From the NCBI GenBank assembly GCA_964537195.1, contig CAZHYZ010000001.1, positions 93,100 through 157,099 of the forward strand: 64,000 bases of DNA. The letters are read 5' to 3'. The position numbers were made by a program, and so were the translations under genes. Under the pieces are notes generated by a model. The model saw only the letters and a program-made list of their open reading frames with translations. It searched no databases and was not told the origin of the DNA. Source of the stretch: an uncultured Methanosarcinales archaeon (GTDB taxonomy: Archaea > Nanobdellota > Nanobdellia > Woesearchaeales > GW2011-AR15). Shown one piece after another: positions 25,138-34,174 of the stretch (within the stretch, counting starts at the first letter, position 1; each line of letters starts with the position of its first letter).

Positions 25138-25787
25138 AGCCAATAAAAAAAAATAATTTTTTTGTGGCCTTGGAAAATTTCAATTCCACGAAAAGTCAAA
25201 CTTATTGGGAGCAAAAAATTCACAAACTTTTTCGCTTTCGAGGGAAATCTCAAATTATAAGTATGGATTTTATAATGACTTTTGTAGTCTATATTTTTGC
25301 ATTGTCTGTTTTTTTCTTTGCTCTCGGAGATGCACTCCCAGTAAATGATGCAGATTTAGATGTTCAGGCTGATTTACTGTTTAATAAGTTGGCAGAAATA
25401 AATGAATCAGTTGATTTTCTTGACAATTCAAAGATTAAAAACCTAGAGTTAGGTAAATATTTTACCAAATATAATTATGATAGTGGGTATCGTCATATCT
25501 TTAGAGATTTTAACAATCCTGCATTCACAAGGACAGATTATTGTATTTATCTTGAGGATCCGAGAACAGGTCTTAGTACAAGAAATGTTGCTGCAGGATT
25601 ACAAGAAGGATATACCATTTATTTTGATGACACAAATAAATGTGGTGAAGTAATAAATAAAGTATATACTATGCAGCCTTATTGTGCTAAAAACATAAAA
25701 ACAGAATCAATAGTGCTAACAAAACCCGTGTTGTATAATGGACAAATAACAAATCTTAAGATATTAATCTGTGCAGAGAAAAGATGA
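25134..25787 (+). CDS. Type IV pilin-like protein
   Basis: RGKSQIISMDFIMTFVVYIFALSVFFFALG. Overlapping start/stop with its neighbours. Confidence 0.45.
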   Translation: MKPIKKNNFFVALENFNSTKSQTYWEQKIHKLFRFRGKSQIISMDFIMTFVVYIFALSVFFFALGDALPVNDADLDVQADLLFNKLAEINESVDFLDNSKIKNLELGKYFTKYNYDSGYRHIFRDFNNPAFTRTDYCIYLEDPRTGLSTRNVAAGLQEGYTIYFDDTNKCGEVINKVYTMQPYCAKNIKTESIVLTKPVLYNGQITNLKILICAEKR

Positions 25788-26326
25788 ATAAAAAAGCCTA
25801 CATATTTTTGATGGATGGTATAATTGCTGTAGTTATACTGACGGTTGGTTTTCTCCTAATTAGTTCGAATAAACCAGATGAGACAACAGAAATTCCAATA
25901 AGTATGATGACTGAGAACACTATGTCTTTATTTTCTAATATTAAATTGTATGAAATATGTGATTTTTCTGATTGTGGTTGCAGCAATGATAAGTTGTCAG
26001 AGTATTGTGCATCTGGTTATATTGAAAATAAAAATCAGACACTCTTAGATTATTTTGGTGAATTATATAATAGATCTATGCAAAGTAGAGCTGATGAGCT
26101 TTTCTATAATATAACAATAGAAAACGACTTGCTTAGGCAAGACATTTTTGGTGTAGAGTTTAAGATAAATGATGAAACAATATATCTACATGGCATAAAC
26201 AAAGAAAAAAGCAAAGACCTAATTTCTTCAAAAAGAATTATTTTCGGATATTATGAAGTGCCTTCTTCGGGTATAATTAATTACTGGGGGCCATATTTGG
26301 CAGAGGTGAATGTATGGCAAGAATAA
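25784..26326 (+). CDS. Type IV pilin-like protein
   Basis: MNKKAYIFLMDGIIAVVILTVGFLLISS. Confidence 0.5.
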   Translation: MNKKAYIFLMDGIIAVVILTVGFLLISSNKPDETTEIPISMMTENTMSLFSNIKLYEICDFSDCGCSNDKLSEYCASGYIENKNQTLLDYFGELYNRSMQSRADELFYNITIENDLLRQDIFGVEFKINDETIYLHGINKEKSKDLISSKRIIFGYYEVPSSGIINYWGPYLAEVNVWQE

Positions 26327-27078
26327 CAAAGAGGGCAATTATTTTTTCTATAGCAAGTTTGTTAATTGTCATAGTGTTTGTCGTTAGTACACAGCTCGTT
26401 ACAGAATTTAGATTGGCAGAATCAGAATTAGAAGTCACAAGAACCAGAGTTAAGATATTAAATGAATTAATAGATGATTTTGAAGAAACATATTTTGACA
26501 GGTTGCTTTATGTGACTTCCAAGAACACTCTTGAAGGATTATCAGAGTATTATGATAGGCATTACAATAATCCATCTGATTATCCTCACACATTAAAAAA
26601 AGCACTAAATATGACAATCCAAAACGGTATTTATATAGATAGAACTGGCAAGCATAACTTGTCAAAAGAAGGTTGTTTTGGGCCGTGTCTTAAAGAAGAC
26701 TATACTTTTAACAAATTAGCTGACTCAATTAAAGAAGAATTTGATTTTCTAGGTATTGATTTACAAATTAATATGAAAATCACAGAAATAGAACAAGTTA
26801 ATCCGTGGACTCTTTCTGTTAGTGCCGAGTTTGAATATTATTTTAAAGATAAAAACAATATCGCATCATGGAAAGGATTCACAGAGAGAACAGTAGAGGT
26901 TAGTATTTATGGGTTGCACGACCCTACTTCCTCATCAAATCCTATTGATAGTAGTTGGATAGTTGATACTAATGAAGATGGAGAATATACAGAAGCTTCT
27001 CTAGAGAGAAAACTTGAAGGTGTTCAAGACCATCAGATGACTTTTTTTGATTATGGGGTGTGTAGCGGAGGATGTTAA
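26314..27078 (+). CDS. Pilin-like membrane-anchored protein
   Basis: MARITKRAIIFSIASLLIVIVFVV. Confidence 0.45.
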   Translation: MARITKRAIIFSIASLLIVIVFVVSTQLVTEFRLAESELEVTRTRVKILNELIDDFEETYFDRLLYVTSKNTLEGLSEYYDRHYNNPSDYPHTLKKALNMTIQNGIYIDRTGKHNLSKEGCFGPCLKEDYTFNKLADSIKEEFDFLGIDLQINMKITEIEQVNPWTLSVSAEFEYYFKDKNNIASWKGFTERTVEVSIYGLHDPTSSSNPIDSSWIVDTNEDGEYTEASLERKLEGVQDHQMTFFDYGVCSGGC

Positions 27079-27989
27079 AAAAATCTCAGGTATCATTTGA
27101 GTTTATCCTAATATTTACACTTGTATTGATGGCATTGATAGGATTTATTTACATAATTAATAGGAGAATTGGAGAGATAAGTGAGCAACAAGAATTTCTT
27201 GCCATGAAAAATCTTGCTAATAACATTAAGAATGAAGTTGTGTTGGCTAGTTCTGTTAGAGATAATTATATTAGGAAGTTTGAGATACCATATAGGATAT
27301 TAGGAAAAGAATATAATATGTTCATTGAGAATGATGAACTTGTTATTGAGACCTTAGAAAATGAAAAAGTTTCTAATTCTTATTTTACTGTTTTCCCTAT
27401 TCATGTAAGAGGAACATTTATTGAAGACATTCAGCCAGATAATAGAGATCATTGTATAACAAAGAATGAATTTGATGGAATAAGGATTGCTAAGAATCAA
27501 GCTAGTCTAGCATCTGAGAAATTTAAGTATGAAGAAGGAGATGAATTTGATGTCCTTGTCAGATTAAACTGTCTTGAAAACATTCAAAGTTTTAGATTTA
27601 CTTTGAGTTATGATGACTCTGTTCTGGAATTAATTGATGATAAACCAGTTACAAGGGTGTCTGATCCTGACCTAAATCCTTTATTTAGTTCTTATACCAC
27701 TGTTTATGATTATTCACCAGACCCAAACATTACTCAGACCATATTGTTTGTTTATCCAGGTAGATTTACTTATGGATACATTGGTAGTGACTGTGAAACA
27801 GGTTCTGGAAATGTTGCTAAATTGAGATTTAGAATAAAAGATATTTCTGAAAATGTAAAAACAGAAATTAATTTTGACCAAACTTTTGAAGAAGACAATC
27901 TGCTTTTGTTGGATTGTTCTAACAAGATTACAAGAGAAGGTTTGCCAGATAGTAAGAAAGGAATTTCATTAACATTATTATCGTCTTGA
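27072..27989 (+). CDS. Type IV pilin-like protein (305 aa)
   Basis: MLKKSQVSFEFILIFTLVLMALIGFIYII. Confidence 0.5.
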   Translation: MLKKSQVSFEFILIFTLVLMALIGFIYIINRRIGEISEQQEFLAMKNLANNIKNEVVLASSVRDNYIRKFEIPYRILGKEYNMFIENDELVIETLENEKVSNSYFTVFPIHVRGTFIEDIQPDNRDHCITKNEFDGIRIAKNQASLASEKFKYEEGDEFDVLVRLNCLENIQSFRFTLSYDDSVLELIDDKPVTRVSDPDLNPLFSSYTTVYDYSPDPNITQTILFVYPGRFTYGYIGSDCETGSGNVAKLRFRIKDISENVKTEINFDQTFEEDNLLLLDCSNKITREGLPDSKKGISLTLLSS

Positions 27990-28047
27990 TTTCGAAAAGT
28001 TTATATAGCTGGGAAATGCTTTTTAGTTTGATAAAGGTGGGGTCGTT

Positions 28048-31000
28048 ATGATGAAAAATGAAAAATTCTTGAAGTTATTTGTAATTGCAATTGTTTTTTT
28101 GTTTGTGTTTTCTTTGATGCCTAAAGATGTTAATGCAGTGAAGTATGTTAATTGTCCAGTGAGTATTGATGGTGTTTCGTGTCCTGGATGTCATGGAAAT
28201 CTAGTAAATGGAGTGTGTCCTGATCCAAGAGAATGTCCGGTAGGTACTACTTGGGGAGGTTATAAATGTAAGAGTGACGGGCTTTGGCATAAAATACCTG
28301 CCTGTACACCAAGCTGTACAGGAAAAGAATGTGGTTCTGGCGGTTGTAATACAGGTAATACATACTGCGGTGTCTGTGTAGGACCATATCTTCAAGACAC
28401 AGCATGTAGTGATGGAGAATGTATGTATCAACCAGCAGAATTAGCAGCATCTGCAACAGAGCTATGTTTAGGAGAAGATGCATCTACATACGAATTTGTC
28501 TTAACTGGAACTAATTCATATTGTGGAGATGTAACAACAATAACTGCTCCATGGCACGAACCAGGAGAGGAAATTGTGATTAATGATAACACGTATGAGC
28601 CTTATACTTTTACAGAAACATTAACCCTACCAGAAGACTATGACCTAAACAATTTAGTTATTACAATCACAAGTAATAGAGAAACAATAAAAAATAATAG
28701 GGATCAAGAATTTGATTATAATGAAGTATGTGTACAAGAAGTAAATCTTGTTGTAGAGTTTGATAATTTTTTCTACTGTCCAAAACCCGGAGAGAATCAT
28801 GCAGGATTTGACTTTTATGAAGATTCAATATATTATGACTTCTATAATGAGGGTGTTGAGAGAGATTGGGATGAATGTGTTTCAAATGATAATATTCAAA
28901 GTTGCACACCGCATGCAACAGATTGTGTTTCTATAGGGGGTTCCTCAGTAAGTATGGGTTCTGCCTTTGATGGAGATGATGATGTGAATGAATATGAAGT
29001 TTGTCATTCTGAAAACAGCATACAAGGAGGCTGGCTTGATCCCGATGTAAATTCAGAAACTTGTGAAATAGTTGATTCTACTTCACCAAGGAGAGCAGAA
29101 TGGTATGATTGCGCACCAAGCCAAGAATGTAGTAAGGGCGTAGACAGTTTTGATAATGACCTTTCAACAGGATTATGTTGTGGAGATGAGGTTGGAGAAT
29201 TTGTTACAGAGACCCTGTCTAAAATTCAAGGAGACACAGAATATGTTAAGGATAACCAAGGCCAGAATTTAGAATACAGTGCATGTTGTGATGAGTCTAT
29301 TAGTTGTGTGGATGAATCTGGTATTTGTAGGGGAATAGGAAACGAGACTTGTGTGTCTAGCGGGGGTTATAGAGCCATTTGTGTTAATAATAATGGAAGA
29401 GGAGAATGGGAATTAGTTCCAGACAACAATTGTGAAGACCTCTGTAATAATTGTGATGTCAATGATGATGGAAAAGTTGACCAAATAGATACAAACACAA
29501 TAACAAGTAATGCATGCACTGAAAATTGCGATGACACTTTTGATATTAATGATGATGGTTTAGTAGATCAATTGGATGTTGATTTATGTACTCCTTTAGT
29601 TGAGGAAGGTGCTATTTGTTTTGGTTGTGGTGATAATGAACTAGATTCAGATGAAGGATGTGATTATGAATCTGATATATTACAATTTAATTGTGTCGAT
29701 GAAGTTTGTGATGGTGCAGTTCTAAAAACACGTTTAGATACTTGTACAGGTGTTTGTTCTTGTGAATATGAAGAATCTTGTGTTATTGGAGAGTGTGGTG
29801 CTGAATGTGCAGAAAATTCAGATTGTGGTGATGGTGAGGAATGTAATGGATGTTTATGCGAAAAGATTGGTTGCCCACCTGGTACACAATTATGTGAGGA
29901 TGACACTTGTAGTGAAAATTGTACTATAACAGACGATGGACCAAAAGGTTGCATTAATGATAACGGAGAATGTGATGAAGGAGAAGGCTGCGCATGTGAA
30001 GATTGTTTGGGGGAAAGAGATAGTTGTAGTGAGGGAGCAGTATGTGGAGAAGATGAACTATGTGGTTGTCCTGTTGGGACAACAATGTGTGAAGATGGTA
30101 CATGCAGTGCTAATTGTGAACTGACAGACGAAGGTGCTGTAGGATGTTTGAATAACAATGGAGAGTGTGATTTTGGAGAAGGTTGTGATTGTATTGATTG
30201 TCATGAAGAACAAGATAGCTGTGTATATGGTGCAGTATGTAACTATTATACAGAATCATGCGAATTACCTTGTGTTGTTACAGAAGACCCAGAAGTTACA
30301 TTAGATGATGGAATTGATAATGATTGTGACGGCTTAATAGATGAACCAAAATTTGATAGTGAATATGGTGCTTATGTTTGGGAATCCAATTGTAGATATT
30401 ATTTGTGTGCAAATGCTCGCGATTCTGAGCCACACACAACAAAAGGAGAAATAGGTGTTGAAGATCCTTATTATCTTTATAGTATAAGAACAATTTTCTG
30501 GGAAACTGCAGATGATTATTCAGTACTCTCAGACAACTTAGGTGTGGATTTTACCTCTTACATTAATAACGATAAAGACTGTATTTTGTTTAAGTCAGAT
30601 ACACTAATGAGTTTTGACCTTGATATGAATGGTTCTCATAGTACAGATAATGTATTCTTAACACAAGAAAAAATAAATCCAATAGAAAATCCTTTTGCAT
30701 TTGCTTCCCCTGAATGTACTCTAAGTTGTACAGATCCAGCAGATTGTGGTAGAGATTCTTTATTATATGGTACAAATTATTGTGGGTTTGAGGAATGTAT
30801 GTTTGATTGTGGGGGATACTGGGTAAATACTTCCTCCTTATTGGGAGATGTCTTTACACCAAGCACCAATCCAGGAGATTATTGTGAAGCCTGTACAGAA
30901 GAGGTTGAATGTTCAGACTATAACAATATAGCAAGTTGTTTGTTTAATCCATGTGATACAGGAGAGTCAATATTTGGTTGTTATTGGAATGAATCATCTT

Positions 31001-32484
31001 TGACATGTGATGATATCTTTGAACCATGTAAGCCTGGTACGACTTTATGTGAGGACGGTACTTGCAGTCATGATTGTGAAGAAACAGACACAGATGAGCA
31101 AGGTTGTATAAATGATAATGGAGAATGTGATGAAGGAGAAGGCTGCGCATGTGAAGATTGTGAAGGTGAACAAGACAGTTGTACAGAAGGTGCTATTTGT
31201 GATGATGATGGTTATTGTGGTTGTCCACCGGGCACAACTTTATGTAAGGACGGTACATGTAGTGACGATTGTGATGAGACAGATGATGGAAATATGGGAT
31301 GTATAGATGAAAATGGTGTCTGTGAATTAGGAGAGGGTTGTGCATGTGAGGATTGTAATGGTTACCAAGATAGTTGTGTTGATGATGCAGTATGTAATTA
31401 TTTCTTGGAGGAATGTGTAGAGCTTGAAATAGGAAATTGTCCCGAAGGTACAACTTTGTGTGAAGACTTAACCTGTGATGAAGATTGCGAAGGTCATGGT
31501 GGCAAGGCAGGCTGTATAGGAGACCCAAATGATGACTGTGAATTAGGAGAAGGTTGTGCATGTATTGATTGTAATAATAAAAGAGATAGTTGTGATGTGG
31601 GTTTAGTGTGTAATTATGAATATGAATTATGTGAAAGTCTTCCAAGTGGCGGCGGAACACAAGCTTGTGAAGATAATGACAATGATGGTTACTATGAAAT
31701 AGATGAAGATTGCTTTGGGAGCGATGATTGTAATGATTATAACTCGGCAGTCCACCCGGGAGCTATAGAACTTTGTAATAATATTGATGATGATTGTGAT
31801 GGTGACATAGATGAAAATTGTTTTTCAGATGATGGAGAAAGTTTAGATTTATCTATAAGTAGCACAACAGGTTCTGCAAGAGTATTAGACAAATTTACAC
31901 TTGTTGCCACAGTCAAGAATAGACTTGATAGAACTGTTTCTGATGTTTTGGTCTCATTAGAGGTTCCATCTAAATTTGCAGTTAAAGGTGGCTCAGTAAA
32001 GATTGATGAGATACCCGCAAATGGAGAAAAAGAACTTTCATTTGAAGTTATTGTAAAAGATTATACTCAGGAAAGTGTAGAATTCACACTAAATGCAAAA
32101 GTCTCAAATGATAATATTATATCTGAAGATTTCAATATAGGAATTGAGGTCCCAGACTTTTTAATAGCGCCAATGCCCATGTTTGAATATCCAAACACAA
32201 GAAGAGTTTGTTTAGACTTTTATTATGTAATAAACAATCCTTCTTTAGGAATGGTGGATGTTGAGTTTGAGATAACAAATCCAAAAGCAGTATTTGGAAA
32301 AAGTGTGGTTGTAGATTATGTTTCATCAGTTGATTCAGACAACATACTTGCTAGGCCATTGCTTTCAAACCCCTATTGTATTTCAGGAGGAGAAACATAT
32401 CATGTAAATGGCTATTTATATAAGCCCGGCGCATTTATTGTGGACAAGGTTGACGAAAGTTCAGAAACATTAGTATTAGGATAA
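28048..32484 (+). CDS. Giant (1478 aa) secreted Cys-rich adhesin-like protein with at least five EGF-like ~60-aa Cys modules, MopE-like DxDCDGxIDE motifs and a C-terminal CARDB-like beta-sandwich region
   Basis: Sec signal ...PKDVNA|VKY. Repeated CPPGTxLCEDGTCSxxCExTDDGxxGCINDNGECDEGEGCACEDC modules. DDGIDNDCDGLIDE and NNIDDDCDGDIDENC. LVATVKNRLDRTVSDVLVSLEVP...NGEKELSFEV. Confidence 0.65.
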   Translation: MMKNEKFLKLFVIAIVFLFVFSLMPKDVNAVKYVNCPVSIDGVSCPGCHGNLVNGVCPDPRECPVGTTWGGYKCKSDGLWHKIPACTPSCTGKECGSGGCNTGNTYCGVCVGPYLQDTACSDGECMYQPAELAASATELCLGEDASTYEFVLTGTNSYCGDVTTITAPWHEPGEEIVINDNTYEPYTFTETLTLPEDYDLNNLVITITSNRETIKNNRDQEFDYNEVCVQEVNLVVEFDNFFYCPKPGENHAGFDFYEDSIYYDFYNEGVERDWDECVSNDNIQSCTPHATDCVSIGGSSVSMGSAFDGDDDVNEYEVCHSENSIQGGWLDPDVNSETCEIVDSTSPRRAEWYDCAPSQECSKGVDSFDNDLSTGLCCGDEVGEFVTETLSKIQGDTEYVKDNQGQNLEYSACCDESISCVDESGICRGIGNETCVSSGGYRAICVNNNGRGEWELVPDNNCEDLCNNCDVNDDGKVDQIDTNTITSNACTENCDDTFDINDDGLVDQLDVDLCTPLVEEGAICFGCGDNELDSDEGCDYESDILQFNCVDEVCDGAVLKTRLDTCTGVCSCEYEESCVIGECGAECAENSDCGDGEECNGCLCEKIGCPPGTQLCEDDTCSENCTITDDGPKGCINDNGECDEGEGCACEDCLGERDSCSEGAVCGEDELCGCPVGTTMCEDGTCSANCELTDEGAVGCLNNNGECDFGEGCDCIDCHEEQDSCVYGAVCNYYTESCELPCVVTEDPEVTLDDGIDNDCDGLIDEPKFDSEYGAYVWESNCRYYLCANARDSEPHTTKGEIGVEDPYYLYSIRTIFWETADDYSVLSDNLGVDFTSYINNDKDCILFKSDTLMSFDLDMNGSHSTDNVFLTQEKINPIENPFAFASPECTLSCTDPADCGRDSLLYGTNYCGFEECMFDCGGYWVNTSSLLGDVFTPSTNPGDYCEACTEEVECSDYNNIASCLFNPCDTGESIFGCYWNESSLTCDDIFEPCKPGTTLCEDGTCSHDCEETDTDEQGCINDNGECDEGEGCACEDCEGEQDSCTEGAICDDDGYCGCPPGTTLCKDGTCSDDCDETDDGNMGCIDENGVCELGEGCACEDCNGYQDSCVDDAVCNYFLEECVELEIGNCPEGTTLCEDLTCDEDCEGHGGKAGCIGDPNDDCELGEGCACIDCNNKRDSCDVGLVCNYEYELCESLPSGGGTQACEDNDNDGYYEIDEDCFGSDDCNDYNSAVHPGAIELCNNIDDDCDGDIDENCFSDDGESLDLSISSTTGSARVLDKFTLVATVKNRLDRTVSDVLVSLEVPSKFAVKGGSVKIDEIPANGEKELSFEVIVKDYTQESVEFTLNAKVSNDNIISEDFNIGIEVPDFLIAPMPMFEYPNTRRVCLDFYYVINNPSLGMVDVEFEITNPKAVFGKSVVVDYVSSVDSDNILARPLLSNPYCISGGETYHVNGYLYKPGAFIVDKVDESSETLVLG
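29965..30006. repeat. 42-nt perfect intragenic repeat (copy 1; copy 2 at 31120..31161) within the Cys-module gene
   Basis: ggagaatgtgatgaaggagaaggctgcgcatgtgaagattgt is identical at both sites. Confidence 0.7.
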
Positions 32485-32527
32485 ATTTAAATACCAAATG
32501 AGGTTTATATGAAGAGGTGACTATCCA

Positions 32528-33592
32528 ATGTTTGTATTCGGAATAAATCTTCCATTGCCAGAAATTTTCTTTATACTAGTTTTCATATTCTTAATATGTC
32601 TATTTTTGATATTATATCAGTTACAGAGATTACAAAAAATGACTACAGAAGAACAAGCAGAGTTGGCAGAGTTAGAGAAACTAGCGCAAGAGGAAAAAAA
32701 GGATTTAGAACAAATTAAAGCATTTGAGACAATGGAAGGTCAGGATTTGGGGAAATTTGAAAAGGACATAGCAGAACTTGAACAGGATACAGAAACACTA
32801 TATCTAAAGAACCTTGCTCCTGATTTGTATAAATTACAGAATTATGTTCTTTGGGCCTTGAAAAAGGGAATGTCACCAGACCAGATTAAAGATAATTTAT
32901 TGAACAAAGGCTGGAAGGACGATAAGTTAATGGAAATGGTCATAAAGGATACCTTGAATTATGTTGATTATTATAAGGGCAAGAAGGGTAAAGTCCAAAT
33001 ACCTCATGTCAAAGTAGAGGAAAAAACCCACATTATTCATCCTGTAAAAATTATAGAGAAAGGATCTCCCAAAGTAGAGATGGAAATTGAGGAGAAACCA
33101 AGGGAAAAGACTACAAAGAAAAAATCAACTAAGAAGAAAGCTTCCAAATCAAAGACCAAGAAAAAATCAGCAACCACAAAAAAATCCTCAAAGAAAAAAT
33201 CAAAAGATGAGTTTGCATCAGTTGAGAAAGAATTGCAAAAACTAGAAAAAGAGTTAAAAAAAGAAGAAAAGAAAACAAAGAGTTCTAAGAAGAAGTCTTC
33301 TACAAAGAAATCAAACAAGAAGAAATCTACTAAGAAAAAATCAACTAAGAAAAGTTCTAAGAAAAAAAGCAAACCGAAGACCAAGAAAAAGACAGCAAAG
33401 ACAAAGAGTTCTAAGAAGAAGTCTTCTACAAAGAAAAGTCCTAAGAAGACTACTAAAAAGAAATCTTCCAAGAAGAAATCAACTTCCAAAAAGAAGAAAA
33501 CTACTAAAAAGAAATCTTCCAAGAAATCAAAGAGCAAGGGTGTTGTTGTAGAAGCAGACAAAGACGTAGATGTTCACGTAAAATACAAATAA
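32528..33592 (+). CDS. Membrane-anchored coiled-coil protein with a long Lys/Ser/Thr-rich histone H1-like tail
   Basis: N-terminal TM, EEQAELAELEKLAQEEKKDLEQ coiled coil, then ~180 aa of KKKSTKKKS-type low complexity. Internal in-frame 35-nt perfect DNA repeat (33276..33310 and 33402..33436). Confidence 0.5.
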   Translation: MFVFGINLPLPEIFFILVFIFLICLFLILYQLQRLQKMTTEEQAELAELEKLAQEEKKDLEQIKAFETMEGQDLGKFEKDIAELEQDTETLYLKNLAPDLYKLQNYVLWALKKGMSPDQIKDNLLNKGWKDDKLMEMVIKDTLNYVDYYKGKKGKVQIPHVKVEEKTHIIHPVKIIEKGSPKVEMEIEEKPREKTTKKKSTKKKASKSKTKKKSATTKKSSKKKSKDEFASVEKELQKLEKELKKEEKKTKSSKKKSSTKKSNKKKSTKKKSTKKSSKKKSKPKTKKKTAKTKSSKKKSSTKKSPKKTTKKKSSKKKSTSKKKKTTKKKSSKKSKSKGVVVEADKDVDVHVKYK

Positions 33593-33627
33593 TCCAAAAT
33601 TTCTTTTATTATTTTTCTAAATTAAAG

Positions 33628-33969
33628 TTATGTTATGGGTGTTCCTATATCAATTTCTTTTTCCACACTTAAGAGAACACATTCGCTTTCATCTTCTTTT
33701 TCAGCACACAATAACATCCCTTCAGAGAGTTCTCCCATGAATTTTGTGGGTTTTAGATTGACCAACACAACAATCTTCTTATCTTGTAGTTCTTCCTCAC
33801 TATAATATGGAACTAAACTTGTAACAATCTGAATTTCCTTATCTTGAATATCTACTTGCAATTTATAGAGTTTTTCTGTTTTTGGCACTCTTTCTACCTC
33901 TACAATTTTACCTACTTTCATCTGTAGTTTTTTAAAATCTTTATATTCAATTTCTTCCATAGCCATCAC
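33628..33969 (-). CDS. tRNA-binding domain protein (Trbp111/CsaA/MetRS C-terminal-like OB fold)
   Basis: KVGKIVEVERVPKTEKLYKLQVDIQDKEIQIVTSL...KPTKFMGELSEGMLL. 113 aa. Confidence 0.6.
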   Translation of the reverse strand: MMAMEEIEYKDFKKLQMKVGKIVEVERVPKTEKLYKLQVDIQDKEIQIVTSLVPYYSEEELQDKKIVVLVNLKPTKFMGELSEGMLLCAEKEDESECVLLSVEKEIDIGTPIT

Positions 33970-34174
33970 CTTTTTAATTGGATTTAAACAATGTTTATAT
34001 TTTTTCCTGGCAAAATTTTATATATAATCAGATATTAACTAAAAACATGTATAATTTACTGAAAACACTTATTGTGGTAGTGGTCAACTAGTTTTCAGTG
34101 GCTTTTTCTTCTAATGTTTTATGAAGAGTAATAGAAGAGAAAGTTTTTTATTACATAAAATAAAGGTGATTAAT

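Noticed and set aside
33037-33561. 174-aa minus-strand ORF (F/L/E-rich)
   Set aside because: Antisense artefact of the poly-Lys tail (AAG/AAA repeats read as TTC/TTT on the other strand).
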